From Bugula neritina (Eukaryota > Animalia > Bryozoa), in assembly GCA_964035545.1 (NCBI GenBank), contig OZ037766.1, positions 20,510,767 to 20,574,766 on the forward strand: DNA of 64,000 nucleotides, in the 5' to 3' direction. Of the stretch, positions 1 through 15,000 are shown in pieces; position 1 is the first letter of the stretch, and each line of letters begins with the position of its first letter. Made by a program: the position numbers and the translations under genes. The notes under the pieces are model-generated. The model searched no databases. It worked only from the letters and a program-made list of their open reading frames with translations, and was not told the origin of the DNA.

Positions 1-3000
1 TTTAAAAGCATCACATATAATATGCCATATAATCGGCTTTTGTAGATGTAATTTTACTCAATTTTCAATTGACCTAGTAATTAAGGCAAGGTAAACGTCT
101 CACAAGTAATTCACCAAGTGTAGGCTAAGCTGTGCTATACATACTAGTTTTGAGGACATTGCTTATATAATATAAGACATAAGTGATGAAGTCATGTAGT
201 AAAAATACTAAGCCTTAAACAACGCAAGCTCGTCAGGAAAATAGAGGTATTGCTCTATATTATTATATTTCTTATTAATTTCAGCATTATACATTCATGT
301 GCAATCATTCCTTGTTCTCACTACTGTGTGTATGTACTATGTATTGATTTGTTTCATTAATCATTACTATTGAAACTCTGTACGTCTTTAGGTGTAGCTT
401 TTTTTGTCTAAAGAATGTTACCAACAGCCCTGCAGTTTTTGATTATACAGAAGATTAGAGTTTAGACTAAATTTCTCAAATGACAGCAGCTAGCTTATTA
501 AATAACTGCAAAAATGAAGACAGCATTTTTGATGCAAAATAAATAAAACTATATAATTCAAAGAGGAGGATTGTCATTCAAGCCAACATTTATACCAGGT
601 ATTATTTTATACATTGTTTGTGTCGCAATATTTACAGCTGGGAAATAATTAAATATTAAAGTGATATTTTATTAAAACAACTTCTTTTAATTTTGTGGGC
701 TTTTCATTTTCTGTTTGACGAGACTTCTCCTTCTATATATCAAATATAAACGGCTGAGATATAGGTTACAATATCCATGACGCACAGCCTCAACAGAGTA
801 TATAGTATTTACTTGGAGATGATGATCATCAATTTGTCATGTAAATTTATTCGGTTCGTTTCACTCACTAACACATGCTCTACATAATATAGGTATAGAC
901 GTCAAAACGTTGCCTCAAGTTGCTGAAATGTTTTACAGGAATATACAATTACAGGCTCTTATAATATCATCCTATTCAGTCAATAATAATTATAATATTA
1001 TGCAATGGAGTATTCATGCCTATAAAATCAATAACAATAGGTTTTTTACTTGGTGTATTTTCATTGTTCAGCACCCTCTTCCCAATAATAGAATGTGTGT
1101 GTGTATTTGCTGATGAGAGATTGTTGGTGGTTGCTATGTATTCGTCTGCACACTAAGCCGTCTGCATGAATACTATTAGCACAAGTAGGTCTTCGGATAT
1201 CGTATGATACATTCCTTAGAGCCTTGGACTCAATAGATTAGGATAATTATAGTTGACTAGGTTAACTGGCTATACAGTGTGCAACACTTGATGGCAATAA
1301 TCGAAGTGATTTATTAGTCAGCCTGAGCTCTGCTCGTGACAACTTGAATTGACTGCTACTTATATAACTGGCAATGAGAAAAGATACTGGTATTTCGAGA
1401 TTAGATTATACTACAGGGCAACGGTACAGCCTCAACTACTAGTACTAGTAGCTTGCTACTAACAAGGTACTACTAGACCTAGGCTAAAGTCACTCACTTT
1501 AAAGATAGTCATAGTGTGCACCAGATATCACTTTAAATAATAATAATAAATATATTATTATGCTATAATCTTCACCTTGCTGACTCTCTTTTCATCATTC
1601 TATATGGTAAGTACATCCTAAATTTAAATAGTCTACTGCTCAATTGCCATTCACTTCATTTTCATCTTGGCAAAAATAGACAAAGTTCTACCTGGCATGC
1701 ATGTGTCTCATTATTGCTTAAGATTAAAATACAATGGATTAACATATTAGGTAATAACATGTTATCATAATTATTAACTTACTACAATTAAAGCTTTGCA
1801 GTATACAATTCTTAATATATTAGCCTCCAATGTTCATCTCAACAAGAAAGTGCTTTTCGCTTATATGTAACTAAGCAATATTATTATAGGAGTATTTTGC
1901 TATCAAAACTGTTGGTTTACTAAGTTTAAAATATGATATTGTGGCTGCAACCAACAGCACTGAAAATTGAGGTCCAGGTGAGCAGGGCACTGCAGAGAGA
2001 CCTGCTGCTATGTCACCTAATTTGAAGCTTTCTGCTCCATATAAGCAAATTGAGAATGCAGTTATTGTATTTGTATTTGCAAACCGAAAATATGACTTTT
2101 TCAAAGTTATACTCTGGCATCATTGCTGGGAAACAATTTGGATTTGACACACTTACACTTAGATACATAGAGAAATATTTACTAAAACTACCATGGGCTG
2201 GTTAAAAAACAGTCACAAAATACTACCTTAACATTGAGCTTCATAAATATGTCCAGAGAGGCTAATGATCGGTAGTTAAGTTATTAATTTTGTCACCAGC
2301 AAACACACAACTTCATTGATATTAAATGTAATGAATTCAGCACTGCATGCAACTTTTTATAAAGAGATATGAAGATCAGTTAAATTACCCTTCTCTAACC
2401 TTCAATCAAAACTAATGGATGGCGGTCAGTTACTAAGGGTGTTATTTGTAAATATTGAAAAGTAAATTGGTAAATATTTGATAATGATGCCTATGCTGCT
2501 TTGGCAGCTTCATCACATGCAAAGCTCTGACTTCATTTATAAACAATATTTGTAGGCTTGATTAGGCATTAAACTGATTTGAAGACCACAATATTTTTTA
2601 AATTACCAAAGTTGAACATAACTTTAAAACATAGCTGCACATATAATTAACATGAGCTTTTGTATAAATACAACAGACATTTTGATTATATTATGATGTG
2701 TTTGGGAAGATTGATTTCAAGCTTATTTTAGTGACAGTAAGCAATGCGAGTCTGCAAGGCAAATAAACCCCACTACAGCCTTAACCAACTACTTGGAAAC
2801 ACTTCATAGTCAGCTGGCATTAGCTATTGGGTTTTAACGATCATCAATCATCCAACATACTTCACAGGGACTCAGAGTGAAAGAACAAACACAACAAGAT
2901 TTCCTTTAAATTAGTGTTTGAATTCATTTAGTTAAAGCATTTCCAGAAAGGTTGAACAGTTCCTTGACCTAATTGACAATTACAATCAAGCTAATGTACA

Positions 3001-3205
3001 TATAAAAGCATACTGTAGTATCTCGTATAATGTTATTGTCTCGTATGAAATTGCTGCTCAATATGTCTCTTTCATTTTTAATTTTCTGTTTTAGTTGAAG
3101 ATGACATAGGATTTCAGACAGGATTATTTCTAATTCCTGTCCCAGGCAAGCCAAGAGAATAGTGCATGTAACTCCTGAACTATTTGAATTTACTGAATTA
3201 ATGCT

Positions 3206-4273
3206 ATGTCGTTCAAAGTGCCCAAGACATCGTCAAAGTCATTGCAGAAATTAAAGCACTCAAAATCAACTGGAGATGTTTTAGAGAATAAGGCAGAACC
3301 AACTTGTCACATACACATACAATCACTACTGTTCCCTCGGTATAACACAGCTACGTGGATGCACGATCTGTTCAAGTCTCAGCCAACAGTCAAACTAAAT
3401 GAGATAGTAATTCCTGGCACTCACGACTCCGCCACGGATGAGATGACCAAACACAGCCCATACGCCACGTTTAATAAGCTCCACAGAGTAAATCAACAGC
3501 TGGTTTGTTTGTGGGCAAAGACTCAGCACCACACCATATATGATCAGCTCATGGATGGAGTTCGATATTTAGATCTCAGAATTGAAAACCACGCAGATGG
3601 ATGGAAAACTTTTCACGGTTTGCTATCCAATAACTTGGCAGACGTTTTAGATCAAATCGGTGTGTTTGCTACCAACCATAACAGAGAAATCATTCTCGTT
3701 GATTTACAAAATTTAGTGAATTTTGATTTTCAGGATCACGTGAATCTAACTGAGTATATCATAAAACACCCTTCCATTGGACTGAGAATGGCAGGCAATC
3801 ATTTTGGTGCAGATGGCACTTTGTTGGATTTTTGGAATGCTGATAAGAATATTATCTTTTTTTACACTGAAGGTTACAGGCATTTCTCGCATCTCTATTG
3901 GCTACGACATGCCAGTATAGAAAATCCTTGGTATAATACGCCAAAGAAGTCAGTTCTACAGGAAAAGCTGCTTAGTGGCATTTGCAAACGTAAACCTGGG
4001 TATTTCCATGTTTCTCAACTGGTTCTAACCCCAGATGCATTCAAAGTAGTCACTGGACTCCTGACAAAAGTCTCTAGTTTATACTCATTAACAATTCCAG
4101 GAATTACTGATTTGATCTCTAGTGAATTTCTGCAGAGTTTAGAGCTCAAAGCCAGACAAGCCAACACTCATCTCAACATTGTTATTGTAGATTTTTATGA
4201 GCATAGCTCTTTTATAGAAAACTGTCTTAAGATAAATGCTGATCTGGTTGTATCCAGAAACAGTTTAGCCTAA
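3206..4273 (+). CDS. PI-PLC X domain-containing protein (PLCXD1/2/3 family), single coding exon, 355 aa
   Basis: Motifs IPGTHDS and KTFHG (the two catalytic His), QLMDGVRYLDLRI, NPWYNT, FHVSQLVLTP and LNIVIVDF match the metazoan PLCXD family. Confidence 0.9.
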   Translation: MSFKVPKTSSKSLQKLKHSKSTGDVLENKAEPTCHIHIQSLLFPRYNTATWMHDLFKSQPTVKLNEIVIPGTHDSATDEMTKHSPYATFNKLHRVNQQLVCLWAKTQHHTIYDQLMDGVRYLDLRIENHADGWKTFHGLLSNNLADVLDQIGVFATNHNREIILVDLQNLVNFDFQDHVNLTEYIIKHPSIGLRMAGNHFGADGTLLDFWNADKNIIFFYTEGYRHFSHLYWLRHASIENPWYNTPKKSVLQEKLLSGICKRKPGYFHVSQLVLTPDAFKVVTGLLTKVSSLYSLTIPGITDLISSEFLQSLELKARQANTHLNIVIVDFYEHSSFIENCLKINADLVVSRNSLA

Positions 4274-6021
4274 GGTCTTGAAGTTTTTCACTTGGTTTAT
4301 TTGTAAATGCACACGCTTTGTAGAGTTGCAAAACAAAAAATATGTATAATGCATAATTGATATTTTTTGAACAGTTGTACCATAATCTTTGGATTTAGAA
4401 CAAAATACAGCATTTATATGATAATAACATCTGTAATTTTTTATACATGCTATTAGTGTAGAATATTTTACAGAAACCAATCAACCAATCAGCTTGCAGA
4501 ATTTTTTTTATTCTAATGCAATTGGTTATTTGTTCTATTGGCCATTTAGCAAAAATATGTAGAGTTGTAGCCTACAATATTTCATAACTATCCTCCCATG
4601 CAATTACAGCAAAACAGTGCTTTTGATTGGCCCATCACTGCTTATGTCTCTTTAGCAATATGTTTGAATGGGTCTCATTAGATAATATAGATAGATATCA
4701 TGTGCCTAACTTATGGTATAAATTTAGGATGTTAATTGTGTTGCATGCTTACAAAATTATATTATGAAGGTTTGGGAATTCTTTGTTGTAATTTATGAGA
4801 CATGCATACTCTATCTTTGCACCTTACAAATTTAGCAAAAAATAATCTTAAATATTAAATGCAGTTTAATACATTCATGAAAGTAACGTAGAAAAAAAAA
4901 CATTTTAGTTACAATGAAAATAACAATGCCACATAGTTCAAGTAATTGTTTTCAACAATTTCTTCATAAAATGAAGTGAAATATCAACTATAATTTATGA
5001 TGACAACATTAAAAAATATGGGTGAGGTAATTCCATGATAATTGTTGTCTTTCTGCCTATACACTCACCCTATAGCTTTTTGCAATGTATCACTATATGA
5101 GCAATTATCCTGTACTTATTAATTTCAACAGTGCAATGTGGGAAGGTGTCGATATTAATGATTAAAATTGTGATTTTATAATGAGACTAACTTTATGACA
5201 AAAAGATACTTGAAAAGGTTGGAATAAGAAAATTTCTTTGACCTATGCAAGAACAGTTGGCCTAATTTGAAAAATGGTCTTGGGAAGACCAGTGAAAATG
5301 TTATGTGAATAAATTAACAATTAAAATGCTTTATTAATTGAGAATAGCTAAAATATAAGTAATATTATATAAATGATCACCAATTTTTTCACAGCACCCA
5401 GCAGTTGCCAGTTTTTAAGATTTACAGAAATTTCAATGTTATATAATTTATTTATAAAAATACTAAGATCACAAAATATAAAAAAATGAAAGAGATAGCA
5501 GCTAAATACTATAAAATATATTCATAACATATAGCAAAAATCTGTTTGTACATTACAAGTGTTACAACCACAAAATTTTTCCAGACACTTAGCATTTGAT
5601 ATAGTACGGTATATGTTTTCAGATCATCTTTATAAAGCATTTATTGCCGCAAAATTATTTTGGCTCGTGTGAATGATTATAAATTAGCTGTATGATGTTA
5701 TTCGCCATTCATAAAATGGTCAAATCATAATCAACTTTACAACATATAATATCCTCTTCATGTACTTAGCTTCCCCAGGAAAAGAAAATGACACACACAA
5801 GTAAATTAACAGCTACCAATGATACCTGTACAACGAGAAAACAGATGAGATACTCCTGGATAATAAAAGTAGCAAAATATGTTATTAACAATAGAAGTTT
5901 AAAAGGCGATGGTACACAAAACAGGTCCAATGTTGAAAGTAGTTAAACTTTTGTCACTTGCTGTGTTGCTAAATATGTCACTTGAACATATTTGTCCGAT
6001 AGGAATCAAAGTCAGCTCTGT

Positions 6022-9000
6022 TCATCCTGTTAATCCATCATCTTTACCAAACTCTAGGCAAGTTACTACTGTAATGGTTGAAGCTTGCTTTTTTGGACTG
6101 CCATATCTGCAACATAACATGGAAATTTATCAACACATTTTGAAAATAAACTTTAAAAACCTAAGTTCATAATTTAAAAATAAACATAATTAAGATACTG
6201 TAAATGTACTTCAGCACTTGGATGTTAATTTTCCCACATACTAATATAAAGGCATGGTAGATGTATACTTCCATAGAGATGAAATATAGCTTTTCTTCAA
6301 CAAAATTCAATTCAGATTCTTCAACTAAGCAAATCAGCAATTCGAATTAGTGAAGTAAGGTTACAAATTCCCTTATATTTAAGCTGCTTAATTGCATCTT
6401 ATGTTATCTCCTAAAAAGATTATTATAATTGTTGTCTAGAACAAGTATTTGCTAGAGTTAGGGAGTTTATTGAATTTACTCCTTGGAAATACTCAGTAAG
6501 TACTAGAGTCACCACGATTAGAATTATTTTTGATATTAACCAAAGATTCATGAATGCTGAATTATTTATAATATATAATGTAAATATGCCACACTGATTT
6601 ATTCACAGAGTTATGCATTACATAATTGAAAAACTCAATAAAAAGTTCATTTTAAATTACAGAATTGTGAATGTTGTAAGAGTAGCCACGATAACATTAA
6701 AAATCAGGAGGAACTCAAACTGAGTGGTATTCTATGAATTCAACTCAAGTTGAAGCGATCTATACTTGACTGATAAGAGTTTAATAAAATTTTCTTCACC
6801 TTCTATTAGTCTTCGATATAGCACTATTTGGCATTACCAACTTGTCTTTCAACTCTAAGTCATGTGGCAAGACTTCATTGAGAAAGGCTGCTAAAAAATT
6901 TCACAGAAAGTTGGTTTGCAACTTTGGAGTTGTGTTCCATTGAGTTATTTGGAAAAAATTACTGTGTGAGAGAAAGCTCTAAAATGTGATGAAGAAAAAC
7001 ATATTCCCTGTCTCCAATATCACTATTATGCTCTCCAACAATCAGATATGCTGCATATTTTAATTTTGCTAGACATGGAAATTCTTAATTCATTAGTAAA
7101 TAAGTTTAAAGATAAATTTTTTATGCAAGATCACAGCAAACACAGAGCCTACTTTGATGGAGAAAACGCCAAGTTGTCAAAGGAATATGAAAGGAATATG
7201 ATTTAACCTTCTTCTGATGACTCTTTTCTGCTACTAGAAGGTGTATAATTCCGCAGTGAGCGCCGTCTAGCTGCTGTGTAATCAGTTGAAGACATGATGC
7301 CGGGCTTGGAGGAAGATATGTTGTATCGAGATTTTGATAACTTGGAGCGAAATGCTGATCGCACCTACAATTGGTAGACTCTCATTTCATTTATACATGC
7401 CAAGTTGAACACACAAAAAAGAAATCAAATTTAAAAGTCCTTCAAGATATATATATATAAATGACTAACAATTAGTGGAAACCTTGGTTGTTTTTTATTT
7501 GGAAAGTCAGCAAAAGCTTGACTAAAAAACATCAAGGTAATGTGAAAACTAAAGACAATATTGAGTGAATTGTCAATAAAGTAAAGAACTTTACCTCTGA
7601 ACTACCGATGCAGTGAAATAGGAAGATGAATAGTCCCTGCAGTGAATTGATTATATTGAATAAGAACTCAAAGACGACTGTGTTTTTATTCACTGCAAAC
7701 AGGCCAAACAACCAGTTTGCTCCCAGAATAGGTGTAAGGATAAAAATGCCTTTTACACCAGCTCTGAAAAAGTCAAGAAAATTACATGACAATACTTGCA
7801 TCTGTAATAAAGTAGCAGCAATACATTGTTAGCAAGAAGGCTAGAGCATGAAGCCAACATATTTTTTAAATATTATTTACATGAGATAACTACCAGAGTC
7901 AATATTAATTACTTTAAAATGTTGAGATAAAGGTATAAGCACACTTAAAGTCTACACAGCAACATGATAAGTTGTTATGACATCAGAACATGAACAAAAT
8001 GAGGCTAAAATGATGTAAAAACTAGAAAAGCTGACGTTAAATTGCTTTCTTACTTGACTACTGAGAGTGTGGAGTTGTTTTCTTCATTGACAGGCATAGA
8101 CGCTGCCGATGTTACAATTATTCTAACCACCCCCAGCATGATGCACATGTTGATGGCAATCACAAGACACACTGGACCTATGAAAGCCCAAATCAATCCA
8201 CCATCATATGCTAGCCAGCAGCTGCAACATAGCCAAATACAGGAATTATCTTACCAAATAGAACGTGCCTCATAAAAAGAAAGTGCTGCAAATATGTGAT
8301 CAGCTACCACTCGCAGAAAGTTAACTAAAGAACTGAACTTTTTTGGGGTTTTCAAAAATGTACTTATTTTAATAGTTATCAATCATTTTTCAACCATTCA
8401 AAAACTCACACTCTTCTAAGCTCTAAGCTACATAGACATAGTAGCATACTGGGTTTTAGATAGCACCATACTAATGATGTGAGGGGTATTATATAATATA
8501 AACCAAGTAAATGCTGCTATGCTACCTAAAAGTGAGTGTTATTTCAACAGCAATAGATACAGCCATCTTTGAACATATTTAGTTGTGAAAAATGTTGAAT
8601 TTTTAACTCTTTTATTACAAACTGGTATATAAATTGATGGGTTGAATGTGTTTATCATTGAATACTGAGTCAACAGTTAATTCCCTATGACTCATCATAA
8701 AATAAAAACTAACGTATAAACATAACAATACTTACGAAGACTGAGAGCCATAACTATCCAGCTTCACAGCCATAGAAATGCTGACTATTACCAAAGGGGT
8801 GACTAAAATACAATGGCAAGTGAACAATTTCTAGAGTCCAATTCATACATTGCTATAAACGGCTTTTATATCATAGGATAGGTATGGGTGCTACACTTTC
8901 TCCTAGCATGGTGAGCACACATGATGCTTGGCAGTCAGCAGTTACTAGCGCTAAAAATAGGCTCAACTATAGACTGGTGTCCACAACTAAAGTTTGATTA

Positions 9001-12000
9001 AAGAAATTTATTTAATTAGTTTGACAACTTGTCAGCTATTAAAGTTATAAATCAAAATTTAATTCAGTTGTACTCAACAAGTCAGAACTCATGCAAGTTT
9101 ATAGTCACCATCTCTGTGAGAAACCCCTGATGGAAAGAGTTTTTTAAGAGGGCCAATAACTTATTCATATGTGGCACAAGAGCAATTATGACTGGATGCT
9201 CTTCCTAACACCACCAATGGCCTGTACTGGGGTTCGAACCTATGAATTCGTGATTACTAAACCAACGCTCTAACTCCTACACTGCTCTCCAACTCAACAC
9301 GCTTCAGTGAATGTAAACTTATTAGTAGTACTGAATGACTACAGCAGCTTATGAGAATGTAAGAGATATACCAATTCGCTCACAACACTCACCCCAGCCA
9401 ATAATATAGTAGAAAGGTTGTTTGAATCGACTGTTGGAATTAAACACGGTAATTATCTTGACATAGAGCTGAATTCCTTCACACAGCATCCATGTGAATG
9501 TAGCAGTGAAGAAATAGTGTAGTAATGCTGCCACAGCCGCACAGGCCACTCTATCATATGTTGTTTCAATGCCCGCAATAAAGATAAGTTGAGCGATTCC
9601 TAGGGCTACAATTAGGTTCATGTGTATTGCTTTTCTCTGTGTGCGCAAATTACTACAATAGAAATATTTAAAATAAGTTGGTAAAAAATTAAATACTGCC
9701 ATCTAATAATGAGTATTTTCATTTTTAAATTTCAACATTAAAAATAAACAAATATAAAGAAAGTATCTAAGTAACAGCATGTTATATAAAAGCATTATTG
9801 ATATAATTGAAGTTGGCCAAAATGACATAAACCAATTATTTTATAAACAGTAAGTCAAGGCTACTCATATAATGAAACTAAATACAATAGACAACTAACT
9901 CTAAATACACAAACACACAGAATGTGAGAGTCAAACAGGCCAATGATACGGAACATCCAATCTGACCAATCAACTTGAGCGCACGCCCTTCAGCCGAGTT
10001 GACACTAGTTTTATACTCTGTATACTGCATCAGAACTGCAAAACTAGTCAGGTGACTACACTGGCAGGTCACATGATCAGCTGCAAGCATCGTAATACAG
10101 CCATGTGTCAGCCACAACCTGTCAATAGTCAAGACATAACATAGAGCACTTACAGGTGATGTCATCATCAGCTGATAAAACTGTTAACAGAAATATTACA
10201 TCAATACGACAAAGATTTGGTTGGTCGGGCAACTCTAAATTTTATTAGGAAAATTGTCTCCTTAAACAACAATAAATGTATTTTATTTTTTATCTAAACT
10301 TCCACGAAACAATCAATCAGAAAGCATGAGTGATTTTCACATGGCACTACGAACTTTTGTTAATCAGATAAAACTGACTATGCTGTGATTCAACACTACA
10401 GATCACTAAATACTCACTTGAAGTTGTCATCCCAAAAAACACAGGTTGCATTGACATCGTATCTTATAGAGCTAGAAGAGGAGTTAATAGTTGAAGGGAA
10501 GCTAGTGAAGTTGACAGGAAGTTCAATTAGAATGTCACCGATGAGTTTGTTAGTATGATTGAGTGTAGAGGTCCGCAGAGACACTACTGTGTCTCCCAAT
10601 TCCACGATACTATCAGAGTTGGCGAGTTCACGACTAAGGGAGTATAAAATAATGCTTATAATCAAACTTAAAGTAGATATGGCATACTTATGGATGATAG
10701 CTAATATAAATAATTTGATATTAAAACTATTATGCATGTGTGTAAAGTTACTGAGCTTTTTCATTGTACGGAATCCTTTAATGCAGTCAACAATAAGATA
10801 CAGTTTGCACTTACTATTCATATACACAGATTTAACTAACAAACTTGTTGCATTAATAAAAGAAGAAGTAAAAGTTGTATTCTCATACCTCAAAACTGGC
10901 ATGTAAAGTATTTGACTGATGTTAGTGTAGGCTAACGCTACGAGTTGAGTGGTGCCCAAATCAACTGCTGATAAAGAGGCTTTGACACCTGCCCCCTCAA
11001 TGTATAGAGATTGAGGTTTGGAGCTTGGGCTAGGACTTTGATAACTAGTTGTGACAACATCTGAAATCAAGTGTAAAGTAAAACAGAAACAATTTATGCT
11101 TTGCACACAAGAAAGATGCAAATTCCTAAGAAAAATTTCAGTTTTATTTTCATAGAGATTGTGAAGATGAAACCATATCTTTTAAACAATACTAGTGATC
11201 TCAAACAAAACTTTCTTTATTTCCCTTGTTTACTCTTGAAGCTACAACATGCTCGTAATATCTCATACAGTAAGGAAGTAGACAGCCATCTTAAAAATGA
11301 CTCACAGAAGTTAGTCGAATTCTTCTCATAGTTATATGATAGAAGTTTGGAACTCTCACTAGTCAAGCATTCAACAGCCTCCAGAATGGAAAGGAAGTGA
11401 AGATCTTTCACCTGCAAAGACACAGTGTCATGTAGATCTCTACTAGCAGCAATGATCACCAAGTTATTTGGCTAAACTTTTGCATGAGTACCCTACTCGT
11501 TGACGGATGAACAAAACACATTTCCTGTTGTTTAAACGGCACTAAAGATGTAACCAAAAGTATCAGAGTAGTTCTTGAGGTATTAAAGTTGCGTTTATAC
11601 CTCTGCTGAAAAAAGTACCGAGTTTAAGTTAATAATGCTTGTCCGGGTACCCCTTTATAATCAAACTGAAATTCGTTGAAATCATATTGATGCGGTTGCT
11701 CACTTTCTGAAATTGAAATTTGACTCGCATAATAGCTATTTGATGCCCTTTGTAAACATCGTGAATTAGTGAAGCGGAAAGCATAAAAGCGGTAATTGAG
11801 AAGGCGTAGGCTATATAATTATAACCGTATAAGTACGTTGTCTAATCGCCAAAGTAATAACTAAATAACGATGTTTACAAGGAGTTATTACTCCTATTCT
11901 AAAATTGGCCGATTAAGTTATCACAGTTCAAAAATTTCAACGAGTGGCTTTTACAATGCAATGCAACTCGGAGAAATTTCAACCCGGCCAAATTGAATTT

Positions 12001-15000
12001 TTGACCAAAAATCGTGAAGGTATAAACGCAACTTAAGAAAGGCACTGAACTCACTAAGTAAATCTGTCCTTCAATCAACAAAGTTTTTTGTAACTAATAA
12101 TACCTACACTGTATATACATGAAACAGGTTTACACTATGACACTGTGCAGTAAAGTAATATATTTCTATGGAAGATCCCAGTCTATGATTACCTTAGACT
12201 CTAACAGGTTGAGTATTAGTAGATCCACAGTCTCAGTAAGAGTAGCCATAACTGCCTCAGCCTCCACTTCATCTGTAATATTCAGCTTTTGGGAGATGAG
12301 TGAGAAAATCTCAGCCACTTCAGCCATAGATGTCCTACCAGTTTCTACAATAGATCATTCTCTATCTCAATCCAACACTAGTTACATAAACTGATGTGAA
12401 GTGAAAAGGTAAATACCTTTGTTAACTTTATGAACTAGTGGCTAGATTACCCGCCTAGTAAGCGTTAGGCTATGAGTTCAAACACTGGCTGGGCTATTGG
12501 TAATACGACCATAATTTTCCCTGCTCTGCAAGCAGAAAATCCTCAGGCCATGCTTTTACCATAGTGAGAGGTATAGTCTTAAAGATGGAAACTTCAGTCA
12601 AACATGGGCTTTTCTCATAACCATCATTTATACCAGTGAAACTTATACCAGCAATAAAGACTAGTAAAATAATAAAAGAATTATAATTACATTACATAAT
12701 TTATTAGGCAACTGTAAAAAAGCCTAAAGAACAACTGCACACTATGTTATGTAAAAGGTAGAGGCAGGAAGAATAAAAAACGTGACAGTTGCAGATGTGA
12801 CTCAACTTACTAACACGAAGAGACCGCTGGATATTCCTCATATAGTCTATAGCCACATCAGACGACATCCATGACAAACTAGCCACCTGGTCATTTGGCT
12901 GTAAATTTGAGTTTTCCTCTTGGACAATAGTCTTATTTAAAAGAGTACTCTGTACTGCTGTAATGAGAAATTTAAATAATAAATTATAAGCTCACGAATA
13001 GATTTATGCAGTATAAACATAGAAATACCAATTCTAATAAAAAATTTGAAAAGAAATTTTAGCAAATTTATGCAATTCTTTGCAAAGCTTGATCTAAAAA
13101 AATAATTCAATACAGCTGACAATCTAAATTTGTACTTAATTAATAATAGTATAATGTCTAATAACAAAAGGTTAACAGTCTAAATGCAGCATCATTAAAC
13201 TAAAATTACCAAACTATGAATCATGTTCTGACTAGTTTTCTATAAAAACGCAATAATCTTACTTGCAGTTTTTTGGACCTGTTTTCAAAAAATTCTATTC
13301 CAAACTCACAGAGAAATCCATAAAATGTCCAAAATAAACAAAACTAGCTGCTACTCATAGCTATGCACAAAACACTCACTAACCAATCTCACAGCTAACT
13401 AAACTCATTGTAGACTAGAATCTCTACTAATAGAACTCACCGTAGACTTAACTCATCACTAATTAGACTCACTGTAGACTCGACTCATCACTAATTAGAC
13501 TCACATGTGACAGTTAACTGGGTAGATGTCTGACAGGAACAGTTAGCAGTCTCCATCTGCACTTTCTCTGTTGAGTTTATAGCTAACCGGTATCTGCTGC
13601 GCTGCTTCATTCTCTCACAGTCATCACCAACACAATCCGACCATTCAGTCCACAGCATCCACTCCGTCAGAGTAGATGCTAAAATGTAGGTAACATTTTT
13701 CATTACCGTTTATTTATACCAAACACAGTTATCACCTTGCCCGCCTTCAGTGTATTATTAAGCTGTATACTAACCAAACCAAAGCAAAAGTTTTATCTTT
13801 CATGAAAAGCCTACGGGCTGTCTAAATCTTTGGAAGAAGAAATAGTGATGCTTTGCAAGTTATAATCATACAGTTAAAACAAACTATATAATTTAGGATT
13901 TTAAACTAGAAAAACTACTGGTTAAACTCATTGTAAGATTTACAAAACAAATTATAAAAAAAGAGTCAATTTCTTTGATATGCTTTACAATAGCTGTAAA
14001 AACTTTAACAGCGTTGTCGAAAGTTAGTAAGCCAGTAGAGTAAGATAAGTCACTTGAATTCAAGTCCAAAGAGTTCAGTACTTACATGGCAGCCTGCAGT
14101 AGTAAAGGTGTTTGTTCATTGGTTGTGATGAACAATTATATGTATGCAAAGCAATAGAAGAATAGTTGACACATAAGGAGTTGTCCTCCCAATCTACATC
14201 TTTGAGCCAATATTCCCCATATTCCACCATTACTTCACCTGACTGTACAACTTGTTCAAATTCTCTACCAAAAAAGAATATTCAAAGTTCGAGATAAAAA
14301 GCCCTCTAAAACAGTGCACACTGTGAATTTGACCTGAAGTTTGTATATTATACAGATTTCGATTAGACAATGATAGTGCAGAAGGGTTATACCGGAAGGT
14401 GATGAGAATTGATGTTTCTGAATAGCCTATAAGCCATGATGCATACCTGAAGGTGATGATGGAACTGTTATGTTCCAGACAAGATTTCTTGGCATTGTCT
14501 AATGTATCCTTAATTATTCTATCAGAAATGCACATATCTGCTGAAGGCAAATAATGTTCCCACAACTCCCTCTTGCAGTCTAAAAAATCAGACCAAAATG
14601 CTTTATTGCACTGCATTTATACCTTTTAGGGGTTTAAGAGTAGCATTAATTTGTAAAATCACTAGATTGAAACACCTTTACACTAATGTCTAAAACTGCG
14701 AATTTCAACAAATTTTGATAATTTTATAACAATAGAGAAAATAGCATCATCAAAAATTTTACTATGCAATGCTTATGTATGGAATTTTACCTAAAAAAGG
14801 TCAAGTTGTATTTAAATATGAAACAAGTGTTTTAATTTAAGGAGGAAAAAGACAATTACTTGGTACCCATACTTACTAGGAAATATATAGGCATCCATGA
14901 CACTTGATACTTCAGCGGTACTACACTTCCCATTTGAAAATGGCCCATCGCTGAATACTTCAGCATTGTTACCGCCATAACAGTCACCGCCCTAAAACAA

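Noticed and set aside
7150-7210. Possible read-through of TAA (7205-7203) into SYSFDNLAFSPS
   Set aside because: A donor at 7208 joined to exons 6890-6800 and 6106-6022 explains the tail without recoding; simple termination at this TAA is also possible.
9170-9288. tRNA gene
   Set aside because: The cloverleaf is degenerate and attached to a SINE body that recurs elsewhere in the window.
5909-12394. Plus-strand ORFs at 5909, 7626, 8042, 10559, 11101 and 12119
   Set aside because: They are antisense shadows of adhesion GPCR exons.
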